Positions 10,159 through 19,960 of a stretch of 64,000 nt of DNA are shown piece after piece (the stretch's first letter is position 1; each line of letters begins with the position of its first letter). This stretch comes from Flavobacteriales bacterium. Its GTDB lineage: Bacteria; Bacteroidota; Bacteroidia; Palsa-965. The notes under the pieces are model-generated. The model did no database searches. It saw nothing but the letters and a program-made list of their open reading frames with translations, and was not told the origin of the DNA. Both the position numbers and the translations under genes were made by a program. The stretch covers positions 1-64,000 of the forward strand of contig JBEIPA010000013.1 in assembly GCA_040377305.1 (NCBI GenBank), written 5' to 3'.

Positions 10159-10282
10159 GATGAAAGCTCAGGACCACGACACCCTTCAAGGGTTTAACCC
10201 TTGCAGCGTTGAATGACAGCCCAGCACAACGACACCCTCCTCCGAAGGAGTTACTTTGGAGCAAGGGTTAAACCCTTGCAGC
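10124..10282. repeat. Three tandem REP-like units, 53-bp period; the third carries a 20-bp hairpin insert
   Basis: Units start at 10124, 10177 and 10230 with cgacaccct..caagggtt(t/a)aacccttgcagc. Confidence 0.85.
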
Positions 10283-10293
10283 TTTATCTAGCC

Positions 10294-11382
10294 TCACTCC
10301 AACCGCGATTTATGCACTTCGTAACCCGCTTTAAACCGCGGATACATCGTCTTCAGTATAAAATCGATATTCTTTTTCGTTCCGTTGCTCAACTCCGGAT
10401 CGTTGTAGCATTTGTTATAGAGCTCAGCCGATTTTGCATAGTTGTCAAGCATCATGTATCCGAGTGCGAGATTCAATCGGATGTAACCCGCAAGTTCAGG
10501 ATGTATTCTCGCTTTCTTATCCGTGCTTTCTTCGGTGAGCGCTTTCTCCCAAATGACAACCGCTTTTTGTACCAGGTTGCGGCTCGAAGCAAAACTCCAG
10601 TTGTGATTCTTGTCTTTTTTCGTGTGCTCAGTCACAGAATCCATTGCGGCTTTCATGTAGTCCATCGCACTGTCGAGATCGTTGTACTGAAAAGATTTGC
10701 TTTTCGCTGTCGCAAGTTCAAAGTACATTCTGCTTCCCGGATACCCGAAGAGAGCATTCAGTGTATCGGTAAGAAACGCGACGTATTCCTCGTTGCATTT
10801 TTTCCGCGTTACAACAAGCAGATCGCGATTGTTTTTGTTGAAGTCCGCTTCCAGTGCAGCAGCGGATATAAAGGCCGTCGGACTTGCTTTAGGTTTCACC
10901 GTATTCGGAAAATTCATTTGTGTGAATTCACCTTGATTGCGAAGAATATCTGCAACCGTATCACCATTCTTAACAACAATAGCGCGAAGCAAATATTTTG
11001 CTTTTAGCTCATACGAATAGGAAATAACAGCAGCACCATTCGCGCCTTGTGTCTGACCCATCGAGACAGTTTTACTAGCAATGGCATACGGTTCTGTCCT
11101 GATCGTTACCGCAATCGTCGGATTTTGACCGGCTCCTACATGCTTAAATCCCGTAATCACTTTGCTTGTTGCAGTACTCCAATTTGTCTCTTGTTCGTTA
11201 GCTGAAAACTGTTGTTTGTTAGCCTCGCATTCAACAGTAACGCAGGAATAGGTTTGTTGCTCTGCAGGAACAACGTACTTCGGTAGATACGTGCACATCA
11301 TCAGCGACATATCTGTTTTTACTTTTTGTGCGGAAGCTGCAATGGTGAACACTGTGCTCAGCGCGAATAGAACATTTTTCAT
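10294..11382 (-). CDS. Secreted hypothetical protein with a helical, TPR-like C-terminus
   Basis: Signal peptide MKNVLFALSTVFTIAASAQ; 362 aa; RLNLALGYMMLDNYAKS TPR-like segment. Confidence 0.8.
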   Translation of the reverse strand: MKNVLFALSTVFTIAASAQKVKTDMSLMMCTYLPKYVVPAEQQTYSCVTVECEANKQQFSANEQETNWSTATSKVITGFKHVGAGQNPTIAVTIRTEPYAIASKTVSMGQTQGANGAAVISYSYELKAKYLLRAIVVKNGDTVADILRNQGEFTQMNFPNTVKPKASPTAFISAAALEADFNKNNRDLLVVTRKKCNEEYVAFLTDTLNALFGYPGSRMYFELATAKSKSFQYNDLDSAMDYMKAAMDSVTEHTKKDKNHNWSFASSRNLVQKAVVIWEKALTEESTDKKARIHPELAGYIRLNLALGYMMLDNYAKSAELYNKCYNDPELSNGTKKNIDFILKTMYPRFKAGYEVHKSRLE

Positions 11383-11400
11383 GGGTCAACTATTTTTTGC

Positions 11401-11452
11401 CTAATGTAAAAAATAGTTTGCACACTAGTCGGGAGCAAACGTTTGTAAACGG
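11401..11452 (-). promoter_or_regulatory. Shared 28-bp upstream motif plus -7 element (copy B)
   Basis: CCGTTTACAAACGTTTGCTCCCGACTAG, 16-nt spacer, TACATTAG, 18 nt before ATG 11382. Confidence 0.7.
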
Positions 11453-11590
11453 CTAGCAACGAAAAAAATGCATTAGGAGGCGATTTTTTGCGAAGAACAA
11501 TGTGCTCGACTTAGCAGTTGAGTGACTCATGTACGTGTGTGCCCGGAAGACGGAGATAACCCTGCAAGGGTTAAACCCTTGCAGGGTTAT
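11425..11590 (+). repeat. Diverged direct repeat, copy 2, ending in a REP palindrome with 17-bp perfect arms (11556-11590)
   Basis: ATAACCCTGCAAGGGTT-a-AACCCTTGCAGGGTTAT. Confidence 0.85.
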
Positions 11591-13225
11591 GCGCGCATTT
11601 TCATTGATAACTCTGACGTTCAATATAATCAATGGATATGGAATGGTGCTGCTACTAATCTGACAATTGTACCTAATGGCAATGTGGGCAGTGGATCCAT
11701 AATTTCGAGTTACACCGGAGCGGATCTTTGCGAAGATGGTTTTCCGTTTGTAGTTCCATTCTCAGGGAATTCAGACTTCACATTTGACGATCCGGATTTA
11801 CAGTGGATCGCAGATTACAATTATGAAGTTCGCAGAAGGAATAGCGGTTCTGGAAGTTCAGCAGTCGCTTCAGGGAATATCAAAGATTTGTTAGACATAG
11901 AAGCTTTGATGCAAATTGGCGACTATGAAGATGCGCTAATTGATCTTGCTTCCTTTACACCTGCAAATGATATTGAAGAAAATTACAAGTCCGTCTTGCT
12001 TGTATTTGCAACACTTGGAGACGAAGGCGGTCGTACTACTAGTGATACCGAGAAAGGAACCTTGATGTCCGTTGCTGAACAAACAACGCGCACTGGGGGA
12101 CCTGCTGTTACATTGGCGCGTGGTTATCTTGAAGCAAAATATTATTTGCACTATTCCGACCCACGTCCGTTAGAAGATGCAGAAATCAATGGCACGACAA
12201 ACTTGACATCACCATGCTCAACTGAACCAGTTGCAAATACTGAATTAAGTTTTATGGATGATGACGGTAATGATCTCGCAATTGCGGGATGTTACATAAA
12301 TGCAGATGGTAGCTTTATTTTTGATCCACAGGAAATAGCTTATCTCGCCGCAGCAAATCCAAATACCGAGTATCGTATTTTTTCAAAACCAGGTTCACGC
12401 TACACGATTGTCAATTTTGAATATCAGAAGTTGAGTACTTGGCTTTCTGCTTCACCACTTGTAATCGATCTTGCAGGTGTAAGTGTAGTAACTGATACAA
12501 CAGATGAAACTGAACTCGTAGAAATTGAATCCGATACTATGCTGACTCGCGGAGAAGGTATTGTATACGAAGTTGGGTCGGTAGAAACTGTATTCGGAAC
12601 CGATATGCTCATTACAAAATCGGATGGAAGTGGAATAATATGGACACGTACTTGGCATGGACCCGTACGAGAAAGTGAAGATGAAGCGACTTGTCTTTAC
12701 CTTGACGAAAGTCAAAATGTTTATGTTGCTGGACGAGTTTATAATGGGGAAGATTATGATGTTCAGATTCTCAAATATGATACCGATGGAAATCTGATAT
12801 GGACAGCAATGTTTGCAGAAGGAGAGCGACTGGACGATCTCCCTACTGGAATTCGGATGAGTTATGAAGATGGTGTTGAAATTACTGGAACATGCGGCAG
12901 TAACTATCGCTACATCCAGGTATCGGAGTGTTTGCCAATTTCGGAACGACGTGGAAACTTTGATACCACAGCCACCACAGGCACTGTTCAACCTGCGTTC
13001 TATCCAAATCCGAATAATGGGAGTCTGCAAGTTGATCTTCAAGGTCAGTCAGCAGGAACGCTTGAATTGATAAATGTTGCCGGACAAGTGGTGCTCACTC
13101 AATTTGTAAGCGAAAACAGAGAAATTCAGCTTCCGGCAAATGTGGAAAACGGCGTTTATTTGCTTAAATTTACTGGAGAAGGCGAACCTTATTATCAAAA
13201 ATTGATGATCTATCGCAATCAATAA
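11522..13225 (+). pseudogene. Probably 5'-truncated T9SS cargo gene (SBBP-like repeats, type A CTD)
   Basis: First about 23 codons read through the repeat/REP; no signal peptide despite C-terminal FYPNPNNG..GVYLLK..KLMI sorting domain; DESQNVYVAG and KYDTDGNLIW repeats. Confidence 0.6.
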
Positions 13226-13232
13226 AACAAAG

Positions 13233-13264
13233 ATGCCGGATGGAAAATATTTTCCATCCGGCAT
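13233..13264. other. 32-bp perfect palindrome between two co-oriented genes
   Basis: ATGCCGGATGGAAAAT|ATTTTCCATCCGGCAT. Confidence 0.9.
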
Positions 13265-13271
13265 TACTTCA

Positions 13272-14699
13272 ATGAAACAAGTTGTATACATACTATTCCT
13301 CGTTCTGAGTTCCACCTTCTGTCGCGCTCAGAATCAAACCATGTTGTTTGAAAAAATATGGGGAACAGACTCGGCTATGTACACAAGTGTCATCATTTAT
13401 GTAGACCAACAATCGAACGGTGATTACTTCATGATCGGCGGAAAGTCTGTGGGGCATTGGAGTGCCTACGTATATTATGCATGCCGCACCGACTCAACAG
13501 GTGTGCTGCTTTGGGAGAAAACATGGGGTGTTCCCGATTCTCGATGCGCATTTTCGAAGGTGATCAAATCTGCTACCGGAACATACATTGCGGTAGGTAC
13601 TTCGGGTCCAATACTTGGGGGTATATCTGATATAATTGTCACTAACATAGATGCAAACGGTGACATCATTTTTAATCGTTATTATAACTTTTCGTATGAG
13701 GATTGTGGATACGATATTATCAGTACTTATGATGGTGGATATATAATTGCGGGAGTGAAAGGCACGTCACCTGGCAATCGGCATCCTGGGTTCATTAAAA
13801 TAGATGCCGATGGAAATGAGATATGGCGTCGGACTCAAAGTTCCCTGATCGATTATGCGCCATTTTACCTAAGCCAAACCACTGATAGTGGATTTATTGT
13901 CTTAGGAACAACAGGAGGATATAACAATTGCTTTTACGCCCAATATGATTCGCTTGGAATGATGCAATGGATACGATATCCTTTTGGATTTGGAGATACT
14001 ATTGAAAACACACCTGGTACTATTCGCGCCAATCATGATGGAACGTTTGATATAATTTACAGTGCATATTATCCGTTGCAACCTGAGCCGATAACAGCAA
14101 TACTGTTTCGGTACAATGAGGATGGAGACACACTGTGGCGTAAAAATTATTACGAATCAGTGAACTCATTTTTTGTGCGGGCAGAAGATACTGTAATGTG
14201 TTGCATGATGTGGGGGCAATCATATGGAGAAATGCATGAGAATTATGAGTTTGTACAAAAGACGAATGCATCAGGCTCATCAAGTCACTATCTCTATAGC
14301 TATTTTCTAACAAATGACGGCGGATATATTGGATGCGGAAGAACCAGTCCTTCCAATGGAACTTATAAATTTTATGTGATCAAATTTTCACCTGACGGAA
14401 GACATCAAGCAGTTCCGTTTTTATCGCAAATAGCTATCGGACCTAATCCGTCATTTGATGGTAACATCAACGTGAGTTTCGACGTGCAGACCGACGAGAA
14501 TATACAGGTGCGCGTCATAGGGATAGATGGACGCTTGGTGTATTACGATGAAATATTTTGCCCGGCGAATTCACATACGGATCTTCCAATTGATATTTTA
14601 GGAACTACTACTACAGCTGGAGTTTATATTCTTGAAGTAAAAACATCTACAGAGTTCCGAAGGGAAAAGTTGGTTGTCGGTCGGACCAACTCAAATTAA
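13272..14699 (+). CDS. T9SS type A sorting-domain protein with beta-propeller-like repeats
   Basis: Signal peptide MKQVVYILFLVLSSTFCRAQ; TYDGGYIIAG / KIDADGNEIW repeats; IGPNPS..GVYILEV..KLVV CTD. Confidence 0.85.
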   Translation: MKQVVYILFLVLSSTFCRAQNQTMLFEKIWGTDSAMYTSVIIYVDQQSNGDYFMIGGKSVGHWSAYVYYACRTDSTGVLLWEKTWGVPDSRCAFSKVIKSATGTYIAVGTSGPILGGISDIIVTNIDANGDIIFNRYYNFSYEDCGYDIISTYDGGYIIAGVKGTSPGNRHPGFIKIDADGNEIWRRTQSSLIDYAPFYLSQTTDSGFIVLGTTGGYNNCFYAQYDSLGMMQWIRYPFGFGDTIENTPGTIRANHDGTFDIIYSAYYPLQPEPITAILFRYNEDGDTLWRKNYYESVNSFFVRAEDTVMCCMMWGQSYGEMHENYEFVQKTNASGSSSHYLYSYFLTNDGGYIGCGRTSPSNGTYKFYVIKFSPDGRHQAVPFLSQIAIGPNPSFDGNINVSFDVQTDENIQVRVIGIDGRLVYYDEIFCPANSHTDLPIDILGTTTTAGVYILEVKTSTEFRREKLVVGRTNSN

Positions 14700-14707
14700 A
14701 TTTGGCC

Positions 14708-14738
14708 CACCCTCCTAGGGTTAAACCCTTGCAGCGTT
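14708..14738. repeat. REP-like unit (same family as 10124-10282 and 11556)
   Basis: caccctcctagggttaaacccttgcagcgtt. Confidence 0.8.
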
Positions 14739-14745
14739 AAACAAC

Positions 14746-14777
14746 AAAAAAAGGAGCCCGCCTCAGCAAACTCCTTG
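14746..14777 (-). terminator. Intrinsic terminator of the LRR gene
   Basis: Minus strand AAGGAGTTTGC-tgag-GCGGGCTCCTT followed by a T-run. Confidence 0.7.
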
Positions 14778-14813
14778 AAACATATTATTGACATCCTCAG
14801 CGGAGCCGAAGGT

Positions 14814-15746
14814 CTATCCAAACTCCACAATCTTCACCGTCGGCAAACTCAACTGCAGAGCAGCATTGTGTTCCTTCAGCCAGCTCGATGATTCCAGCTC
14901 TTCGAGGTTTGTTAATCCGTGCAGAGGACCCAGATCGGTAACGCCCGTGTAAGCAATGTCGAGGTTTTCCATCTTCGTGAAATTTGCAATCACAGAAAGG
15001 TCTTTCACGTTCGGACAATGAAACAGCGCGAGGTATTTCAGATTCGTTAATCCTGCAAGCGGAGTAAGATCGGCAACCTGTGTGCGGTGTACGCTTATTC
15101 TTTCGAGTTGCGTACAGTTTTCCAAACCTTCAAAGCTGTTTAGTGGTGTATCGGCTGCATCAAACTCTTTCAATGCTTTGCAGTTCGCCAATGCTTTTAC
15201 GGACGTAACGTTCGACTCAACCATTCTGACTTCTTCGAGATTCGTGAGGTTCGACAACGCATCAATATTGTCGATGAGTTTGAAATCTCTTCCACCTAAA
15301 CGCAATACTTTCAAAGAAGTCATTCCCGAAAGCGGACTCAGATCTTTAATCGGATTGTTGGTAATGTCGAGCACTTCCAGCTTCATGTTTTTTATCGGAG
15401 ACAAATCCTGCACGCGGCATTCCCCAATTTCAAGTCGCTTGAGAAAAGTAAGAGCCGCAACCGGAGTAAGATCTTTGATTTTTGCATTGTCACTTACATC
15501 CAGAGACTTCAGCTCGCGAAAATTGTTTTCCAGTTCTTCGTCGTCCTGATCAACGCTTATCGAATCGGAATTGTTTTCCAATGCTTCTTTCCATTCCTGA
15601 GAGAGCGTGCCAAGCCAGGCGCGAACAGTGAGTTGCTGATCGGTTACGCGTAACGCGCTTTGTTTCGGTGCTGCTGCTGCCGAAGACGATGAATCAGAAT
15701 CATCATCACCGGCAACCATTGATTTGAGTTTGTCGAAAAAGCCCAT
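14814..15746 (-). CDS. Leucine-rich repeat protein (internalin-like repeats), no signal peptide
   Basis: About 22-aa repeats such as LEVLDITNNPIKDLSPL; MGFFDKLK N-terminus; TACATTAG -7 element upstream. Confidence 0.9.
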   Translation of the reverse strand: MGFFDKLKSMVAGDDDSDSSSSAAAAPKQSALRVTDQQLTVRAWLGTLSQEWKEALENNSDSISVDQDDEELENNFRELKSLDVSDNAKIKDLTPVAALTFLKRLEIGECRVQDLSPIKNMKLEVLDITNNPIKDLSPLSGMTSLKVLRLGGRDFKLIDNIDALSNLTNLEEVRMVESNVTSVKALANCKALKEFDAADTPLNSFEGLENCTQLERISVHRTQVADLTPLAGLTNLKYLALFHCPNVKDLSVIANFTKMENLDIAYTGVTDLGPLHGLTNLEELESSSWLKEHNAALQLSLPTVKIVEFG

Positions 15747-15844
15747 GGGTTTGTGTGTTTTGGTGAATGGCTAATGTATTGAAATACACACAGCATTGCC
15801 GTAAATTCTATCGGAAAGAATCTACCGATTATCGGATTAATTGT

Positions 15845-16762
15845 TTATGAAAACAGGGGCTGCACCACTCTCAGCTGCGTTCCGCACGACTCACACTTGA
15901 TCATATTCTTCCAGTCTTTGGGCAACTCGTTTTCGTAACCGCAATCGTGACAATTCACCACTTTTTTTAATCTGTTTTCGCAACGGCAATGCTCGCAAAA
16001 ACAAACCAGTGCACCTTTCGGAACCGACAATTCTTTTTTGCAGTCTTCGCACACTACATCCTGTCTCAAGGGTTCTGCCATCTCTACATATTCCTGTTTC
16101 AGCTTGTGTTGTTCGAGAAAAGCATCCGCATCTTTTTCTTCGAGATAAGGAATCCACACCTGTGCAATCTGCGACAATTTCATCTTGAGCTGAAAATGTT
16201 CCGGCATCACTTCATGCATGATCATGTACTTCGGATTATCGTACACAATTCTGAATCCCTGCGCCTGATAATCTAAAAATGCCGCAATCATTTTGCTGAA
16301 GGTGGCGTAGTTCACATACGTCTTGTCGCCGCGCTGGTAATACTCCAGTGCTTTGGTTGCGTCTGTATATGCATCCATCTTATCGGTGTTCGTCACCTCC
16401 ATGGTATCTGCTGCCATGTCGGCCGCACTCTGTATAAACAGTTTGTATTTTTCTCCTTTCGGAACACTTGGCGGTAAGTACTGCGGATAATGCGTGTAGT
16501 AGTAATCCCAGAAGTCATACGTCTCCTGCCAGTACGCCTCTTTGTTTTTCTCCGCCAAATATTTTTTCGTTTTGGTTTCGAACTGCACTTTGCGCTGTAT
16601 GTATTGTGCGGTGTGATTGAGGGAATCCTTCCACACATCCAATCCGGCAGCATAATCTACATCGATCATGTGTCCGCAGTAATCACATACCACATACGGA
16701 TTTTTATACGGACTTACTTTCGGAGCACCACATTGGTGACAATCAAATTTCTTGATGCGCAT
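15845..16762 (-). CDS. Multi zinc-ribbon protein
   Basis: CHQCG, CDYCG at the N-terminus; CEDC, CEHC, CHDCG, CESCG at the C-terminus. Confidence 0.8.
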   Translation of the reverse strand: MRIKKFDCHQCGAPKVSPYKNPYVVCDYCGHMIDVDYAAGLDVWKDSLNHTAQYIQRKVQFETKTKKYLAEKNKEAYWQETYDFWDYYYTHYPQYLPPSVPKGEKYKLFIQSAADMAADTMEVTNTDKMDAYTDATKALEYYQRGDKTYVNYATFSKMIAAFLDYQAQGFRIVYDNPKYMIMHEVMPEHFQLKMKLSQIAQVWIPYLEEKDADAFLEQHKLKQEYVEMAEPLRQDVVCEDCKKELSVPKGALVCFCEHCRCENRLKKVVNCHDCGYENELPKDWKNMIKCESCGTQLRVVQPLFS

Positions 16763-16804
16763 GGTGCAAGATAAAGAATCACGCGAATACAAACCCTAAT
16801 CCTT

Positions 16805-18145
16805 TCAGGGCTGTGCCGCTACAACAAAGCGCGCTGTGCTCACCATAGGTCCGTTGATCGTGATCTGGTAGATACCCGGCGGATAAGCGGAAACATTCAC
16901 TTCAGTTGTAGCATCAGCTACCTGAATTTGTTCGACGATTTGACCAAGTGCATTGGAAATAGTCACCTCTACTCGCGTTAATGGCCACGGATTCGCAATG
17001 ACTATTTGTTGCGACGCCGGGTTAGGATAGACGAGTGCTGCATGTTCAACTTCACTTTCAGTTATAGCTGTAACCGGGGAAATCGCAAATCCAAGTTCCC
17101 AGTAATAATTGAGAGAACCGGGTGGTGGCGGATCAATATCTTTTCCGGTATACCACATCATCCAGTTTCCATTGTCGTAGAGGACGGAAGGGAATGAAGC
17201 AGTGTTTGCATCCCAACTGCCCGTGGCGCCTACATTAAGAACTTGTGCGGGCAAACGGGTCCAGTTAATTCCATCTGTTGATGTGGCATAACCAATTTCC
17301 TGTCCGTAACTGCCTACACTATTTCCACCGTACCACATGCGATACACGTTGCCTGATTTAATCACATGCGGATCCTGAACGTAAACAGAGTCCCACCCTG
17401 TTCCGGTTGTAAAAATCGGATTGGAGGCGTCCTTGATCCAATTGATTCCGTCTGTTGATGTGGCGTAACCGATGTTTGCTTTGCCATCAGTACCGCTATT
17501 GTCACCAATTGCATCATAGCCACAATACCACATCTTGTAAACGTTTCCATCTTTAATCACAGAAGGACCTTCCAGAAATCCGTTGTCCCACTCCGTAGAA
17601 TTACCAACAGAAAGAACCGGTGATGTATGTTTGATCCACGTAATTCCATCTGCAGAATACGCATATCCTATATCATACCGATAACTGTTGAAGTAATGAC
17701 CGGCGTACCACATCTTATAGCGTTCTGATGGTGGAGCTGCACTATCAATGATTACCGACGCGGTTTCAATTCCTAAAGAATCCCAGCTTCCGGTGTACGA
17801 TACATCCATCACCGGATTGCCGGCATACTTGGACCACATAACACCATCTGCCGAAGTTGCATAACAGATTCGCGCGCGTAAAGCGGTATCGGCAGGGTAA
17901 TTGATCCCACCGCACGTGTACCACATTTTGTACACTGCATTTTCTTTCAGTACCCAACAGTCGCTAATGGCAATAAGGTCATTCGGAAGATTGGCCACAA
18001 CGGTGTCTCTCCGCAATACAGGATTTGCAGCATCTTTTGTCCAGGTCGTTTGGGCATTCACAGCATGGAATACGGTCAACGAAAAAGCAAAAATGAGAAT
18101 AGACAAATTGCGTGTGAGTGTTCTTAAAAGAAAGCGCGTATGCAT
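16805..18145 (-). CDS. Five-bladed beta-propeller glycosidase-like protein with T9SS CTD
   Basis: Repeats of WD..PSV..YKMWY..IGYATSTDGINW.K..NP; VYPNPA..GIY CTD. Confidence 0.85.
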   Translation of the reverse strand: MHTRFLLRTLTRNLSILIFAFSLTVFHAVNAQTTWTKDAANPVLRRDTVVANLPNDLIAISDCWVLKENAVYKMWYTCGGINYPADTALRARICYATSADGVMWSKYAGNPVMDVSYTGSWDSLGIETASVIIDSAAPPSERYKMWYAGHYFNSYRYDIGYAYSADGITWIKHTSPVLSVGNSTEWDNGFLEGPSVIKDGNVYKMWYCGYDAIGDNSGTDGKANIGYATSTDGINWIKDASNPIFTTGTGWDSVYVQDPHVIKSGNVYRMWYGGNSVGSYGQEIGYATSTDGINWTRLPAQVLNVGATGSWDANTASFPSVLYDNGNWMMWYTGKDIDPPPPGSLNYYWELGFAISPVTAITESEVEHAALVYPNPASQQIVIANPWPLTRVEVTISNALGQIVEQIQVADATTEVNVSAYPPGIYQITINGPMVSTARFVVAAQP

Positions 18146-18195
18146 GAAATAAATGTAGGGATTTTGATGACAGATGCGAATGTGAATCCGAAATC

Positions 18196-18663
18196 TTAAC
18201 GTGCGTGTTCACGCAACCATTCTTCTAATCCCCGCGAGAAATACATTATTCCTTTCAGATCATCTACCGGTTCATATTGCGGATTGCCTTCGAAGTCATC
18301 TTCCTTCATCTTCTGCAAAAAGAATACGTAATTCTGTCCGATGCGGTAATTGCCTTCGTCGTTTGCTTTCAACTTTCCGCCCAGTGGACGAATGTCGTAC
18401 TCCACAACATCAACCGTAATGGTTTTGTGTTTTTTCAATTTCCCTTTATACGATTCGGTGACTTCGCAGGTGATGGATCCATAAAAAACACCTTCTTCCA
18501 TGCGTACAAAGCGTCCGCGCTCAATGACTTTTGCGTTTACAACGTGTGTCGATATTTTGAACATCTTCGACCGGTAGTCTTCGGAAACCATGTAGTAGTC
18601 GACTTGCGCGAATGACGGAAACGCGAGTGAAGGCAAAATGATGATGAGCAGGGAGTGTTGCAT
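18196..18663 (-). CDS. Secreted hypothetical protein (possible TIMP/OB-like fold)
   Basis: Signal peptide; VVNAKVIE..EVTESYKG..GQNYVFFL pattern. Confidence 0.65.
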   Translation of the reverse strand: MQHSLLIIILPSLAFPSFAQVDYYMVSEDYRSKMFKISTHVVNAKVIERGRFVRMEEGVFYGSITCEVTESYKGKLKKHKTITVDVVEYDIRPLGGKLKANDEGNYRIGQNYVFFLQKMKEDDFEGNPQYEPVDDLKGIMYFSRGLEEWLREHAR

Positions 18664-18700
18664 GTAGTATGTAACGCAGTCTACTCGCAAAAGGTACAAG

Positions 18701-19261
18701 CTAGACTCTCTTCATGCGCACTTTCTCCTTGTTGAACTTTCGCTTGGGACGGAGATATACCGTTCGGCGGAATTTTTTCCCTCTCTTCAACACAATGGTT
18801 TCAACCCAGCTGGCTTCTAAGGCTCCTGAATCGTCGTAAACCGTTTCGGAATAGTACTCATAAAAAGTCTTCTGCTTTTTTGCGATTCGCGTGAGACTAT
18901 CGTTGTCCACAGATTTAATCACGATAGAAGCCCTACATTTTCCGGGATCGTAACACAGATATACATCGGTATCGTTTGGTGTGTTGTAATGGTAATCACG
19001 AAGTTCGTTGTTGTTGTAGGTCCTGATGCTCCACAGCCCGGAAACAGTATCACGGTATTCGTGACGGAAGTACGATGAATCGTAGTTGAAGTCCATGCAC
19101 GATTGAAAGCACGCATCCGGGCACTCCCAAACACCAAATGCTGCAAAGCAAACTGTATCCGGATTCATACCGCGAAGCCATGCTCGTGTCGATGCAGAGT
19201 CACACTGTGCGCAGAGCTGCAGAGGTTCGTACAAAAGAAGAAGGCAGACGAGGCGGCGCAT
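18701..19261 (-). CDS. Secreted hypothetical protein
   Basis: Signal-like MRRLVCLLLL from ATG 19261. Confidence 0.6.
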   Translation of the reverse strand: MRRLVCLLLLYEPLQLCAQCDSASTRAWLRGMNPDTVCFAAFGVWECPDACFQSCMDFNYDSSYFRHEYRDTVSGLWSIRTYNNNELRDYHYNTPNDTDVYLCYDPGKCRASIVIKSVDNDSLTRIAKKQKTFYEYYSETVYDDSGALEASWVETIVLKRGKKFRRTVYLRPKRKFNKEKVRMKRV

Positions 19262-19418
19262 CGGATGTATAACGGCTCTAAGGTAAAAAGGCACGTGAAT
19301 TTCTTTATTACAAGATACGTTTGAGTTTATCTCATACAATCCGAAATCCTCTTGAGGTTATTAAACAAACTCATCCGGAATTACACCTAACACGTAGCGC
19401 GCATTAATATCCGCGTTC

Positions 19419-19913
19419 CTATTTCCGTTGCACCAACGAATCCATCGGATAGTGCGCCTCCAACGTGTCCATCAAACCACCCGCCCAATCGACCAGCACT
19501 TTTTGTTCATGTTCCGAAAGTGAGGCGTCGCCATGAATGAGCGTGTAGGAGGAAAGCGGCATTTCACCTTCGTTCACCATTTCCACAATTTCTTCAAGCT
19601 TGTGATATTGTCTGCGAAGTGAATACGCACCAAACTCATCGAAGTTCAGTTCTTCTTTACCTTCTTCCACATGATGCATCACCCACATTCCAATCGGCTG
19701 AATGTTCATGTAAAACTGCGGACGTGTGTTGTTGCTGTGACAATCATTACACGAAACGTCGAGCACATCTTCTACTTCAACCGTAAGCTTGTAGGCATCC
19801 GTAATGCGATGCCCGCTGTAGGCTTCGTTTTCGTTTTTCTCTGGCGGGAAAAATTGAATGACGATTAAGGCAATCAAAAGTGCCCAACCGAAGAGTTTGA
19901 AGAATCTTTTCAT
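19419..19913 (-). CDS. Haem-binding domain (cytochrome c-like) protein
   Basis: SCNDCHSNNT, HHVEEGKEELNF, GEMPLSSYTLIH. Confidence 0.9.
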   Translation of the reverse strand: MKRFFKLFGWALLIALIVIQFFPPEKNENEAYSGHRITDAYKLTVEVEDVLDVSCNDCHSNNTRPQFYMNIQPIGMWVMHHVEEGKEELNFDEFGAYSLRRQYHKLEEIVEMVNEGEMPLSSYTLIHGDASLSEHEQKVLVDWAGGLMDTLEAHYPMDSLVQRK

Positions 19914-19960
19914 AAGAATTGCAATTTTAGCAATGAAACTGTCGTCGTGTTAGGTTCGAC

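Noticed and set aside
10124-10282. Possible CRISPR array
   Set aside because: Only three units, the two spacers resemble each other and are under 20 nt, the same palindrome is dispersed elsewhere, and no cas genes are in the window
10213-11007. 264-aa plus-strand ORF
   Set aside because: Antisense shadow of the signal-peptide-bearing 362-aa gene; starts in a REP
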